Below, piece after piece: positions 18,129 through 18,163 of a DNA stretch of 18,163 bases (its first letter is position 1; each line of letters starts with the position of its first letter). The DNA is from Simkaniaceae bacterium (GTDB taxonomy: Bacteria; Chlamydiota; Chlamydiia; Chlamydiales; JAJFMI01). The notes under the pieces are model-generated. The model made no database searches. It saw only the letters and a list, made by a program, of their open reading frames with translations, and had not been told where the DNA came from. A program made the position numbers and the translations under genes. The stretch covers positions 1-18,163 of the forward strand of contig JBBDIZ010000023.1 in the NCBI GenBank assembly GCA_040880145.1, read 5' to 3'.

Positions 18129-18163
18129 AGCCGAGGGCTTGTAACTAGCGAGAAACCATATGC

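Noticed and set aside
18160..18163. Possible start codon of the next gene
   Set aside because: Only four bases are visible, so it cannot be supported.

Overview
AT-rich bacterial DNA, most likely an environmental chlamydia (Chlamydiota): the right end carries a DUF1207 / large LOG-family / MYG1 block, and a Lpg1974/MOMP-like porin lies at the left. About 12.64-18.16 kb looks like core chromosome (GAMT/RMT2-like methyltransferase, DUF1207, LOG, MYG1). Everything left of a minus-strand tRNA(CAT) at 12567-12640 looks like a decayed tRNA-anchored accessory region. It holds IS5, ISAs1 and two IS200/IS605 remnants, tandem secreted sulfotransferase-like paralogues, a porin, a Cu(I) P-type ATPase, DUF1328, a photolyase, a YbjT-like SDR and DUF1653. 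The most striking structure is a 250-bp direct repeat (10771-11020 = 12359-12608). Its left copy contains the tRNA 3' half flanked on both sides by paired TGYACCG arm-type repeats. This resembles a complete attP-like junction delimiting a 1588-bp integrase-less mini-island in tandem with a larger island. An IS608-like element (9363-10335) has both ends and tnpA intact, a tnpB lacking RuvC, and overlapping divergent, apparently leaderless promoters. All calls are from reading the sequence and recalled family motifs; no searches were run.
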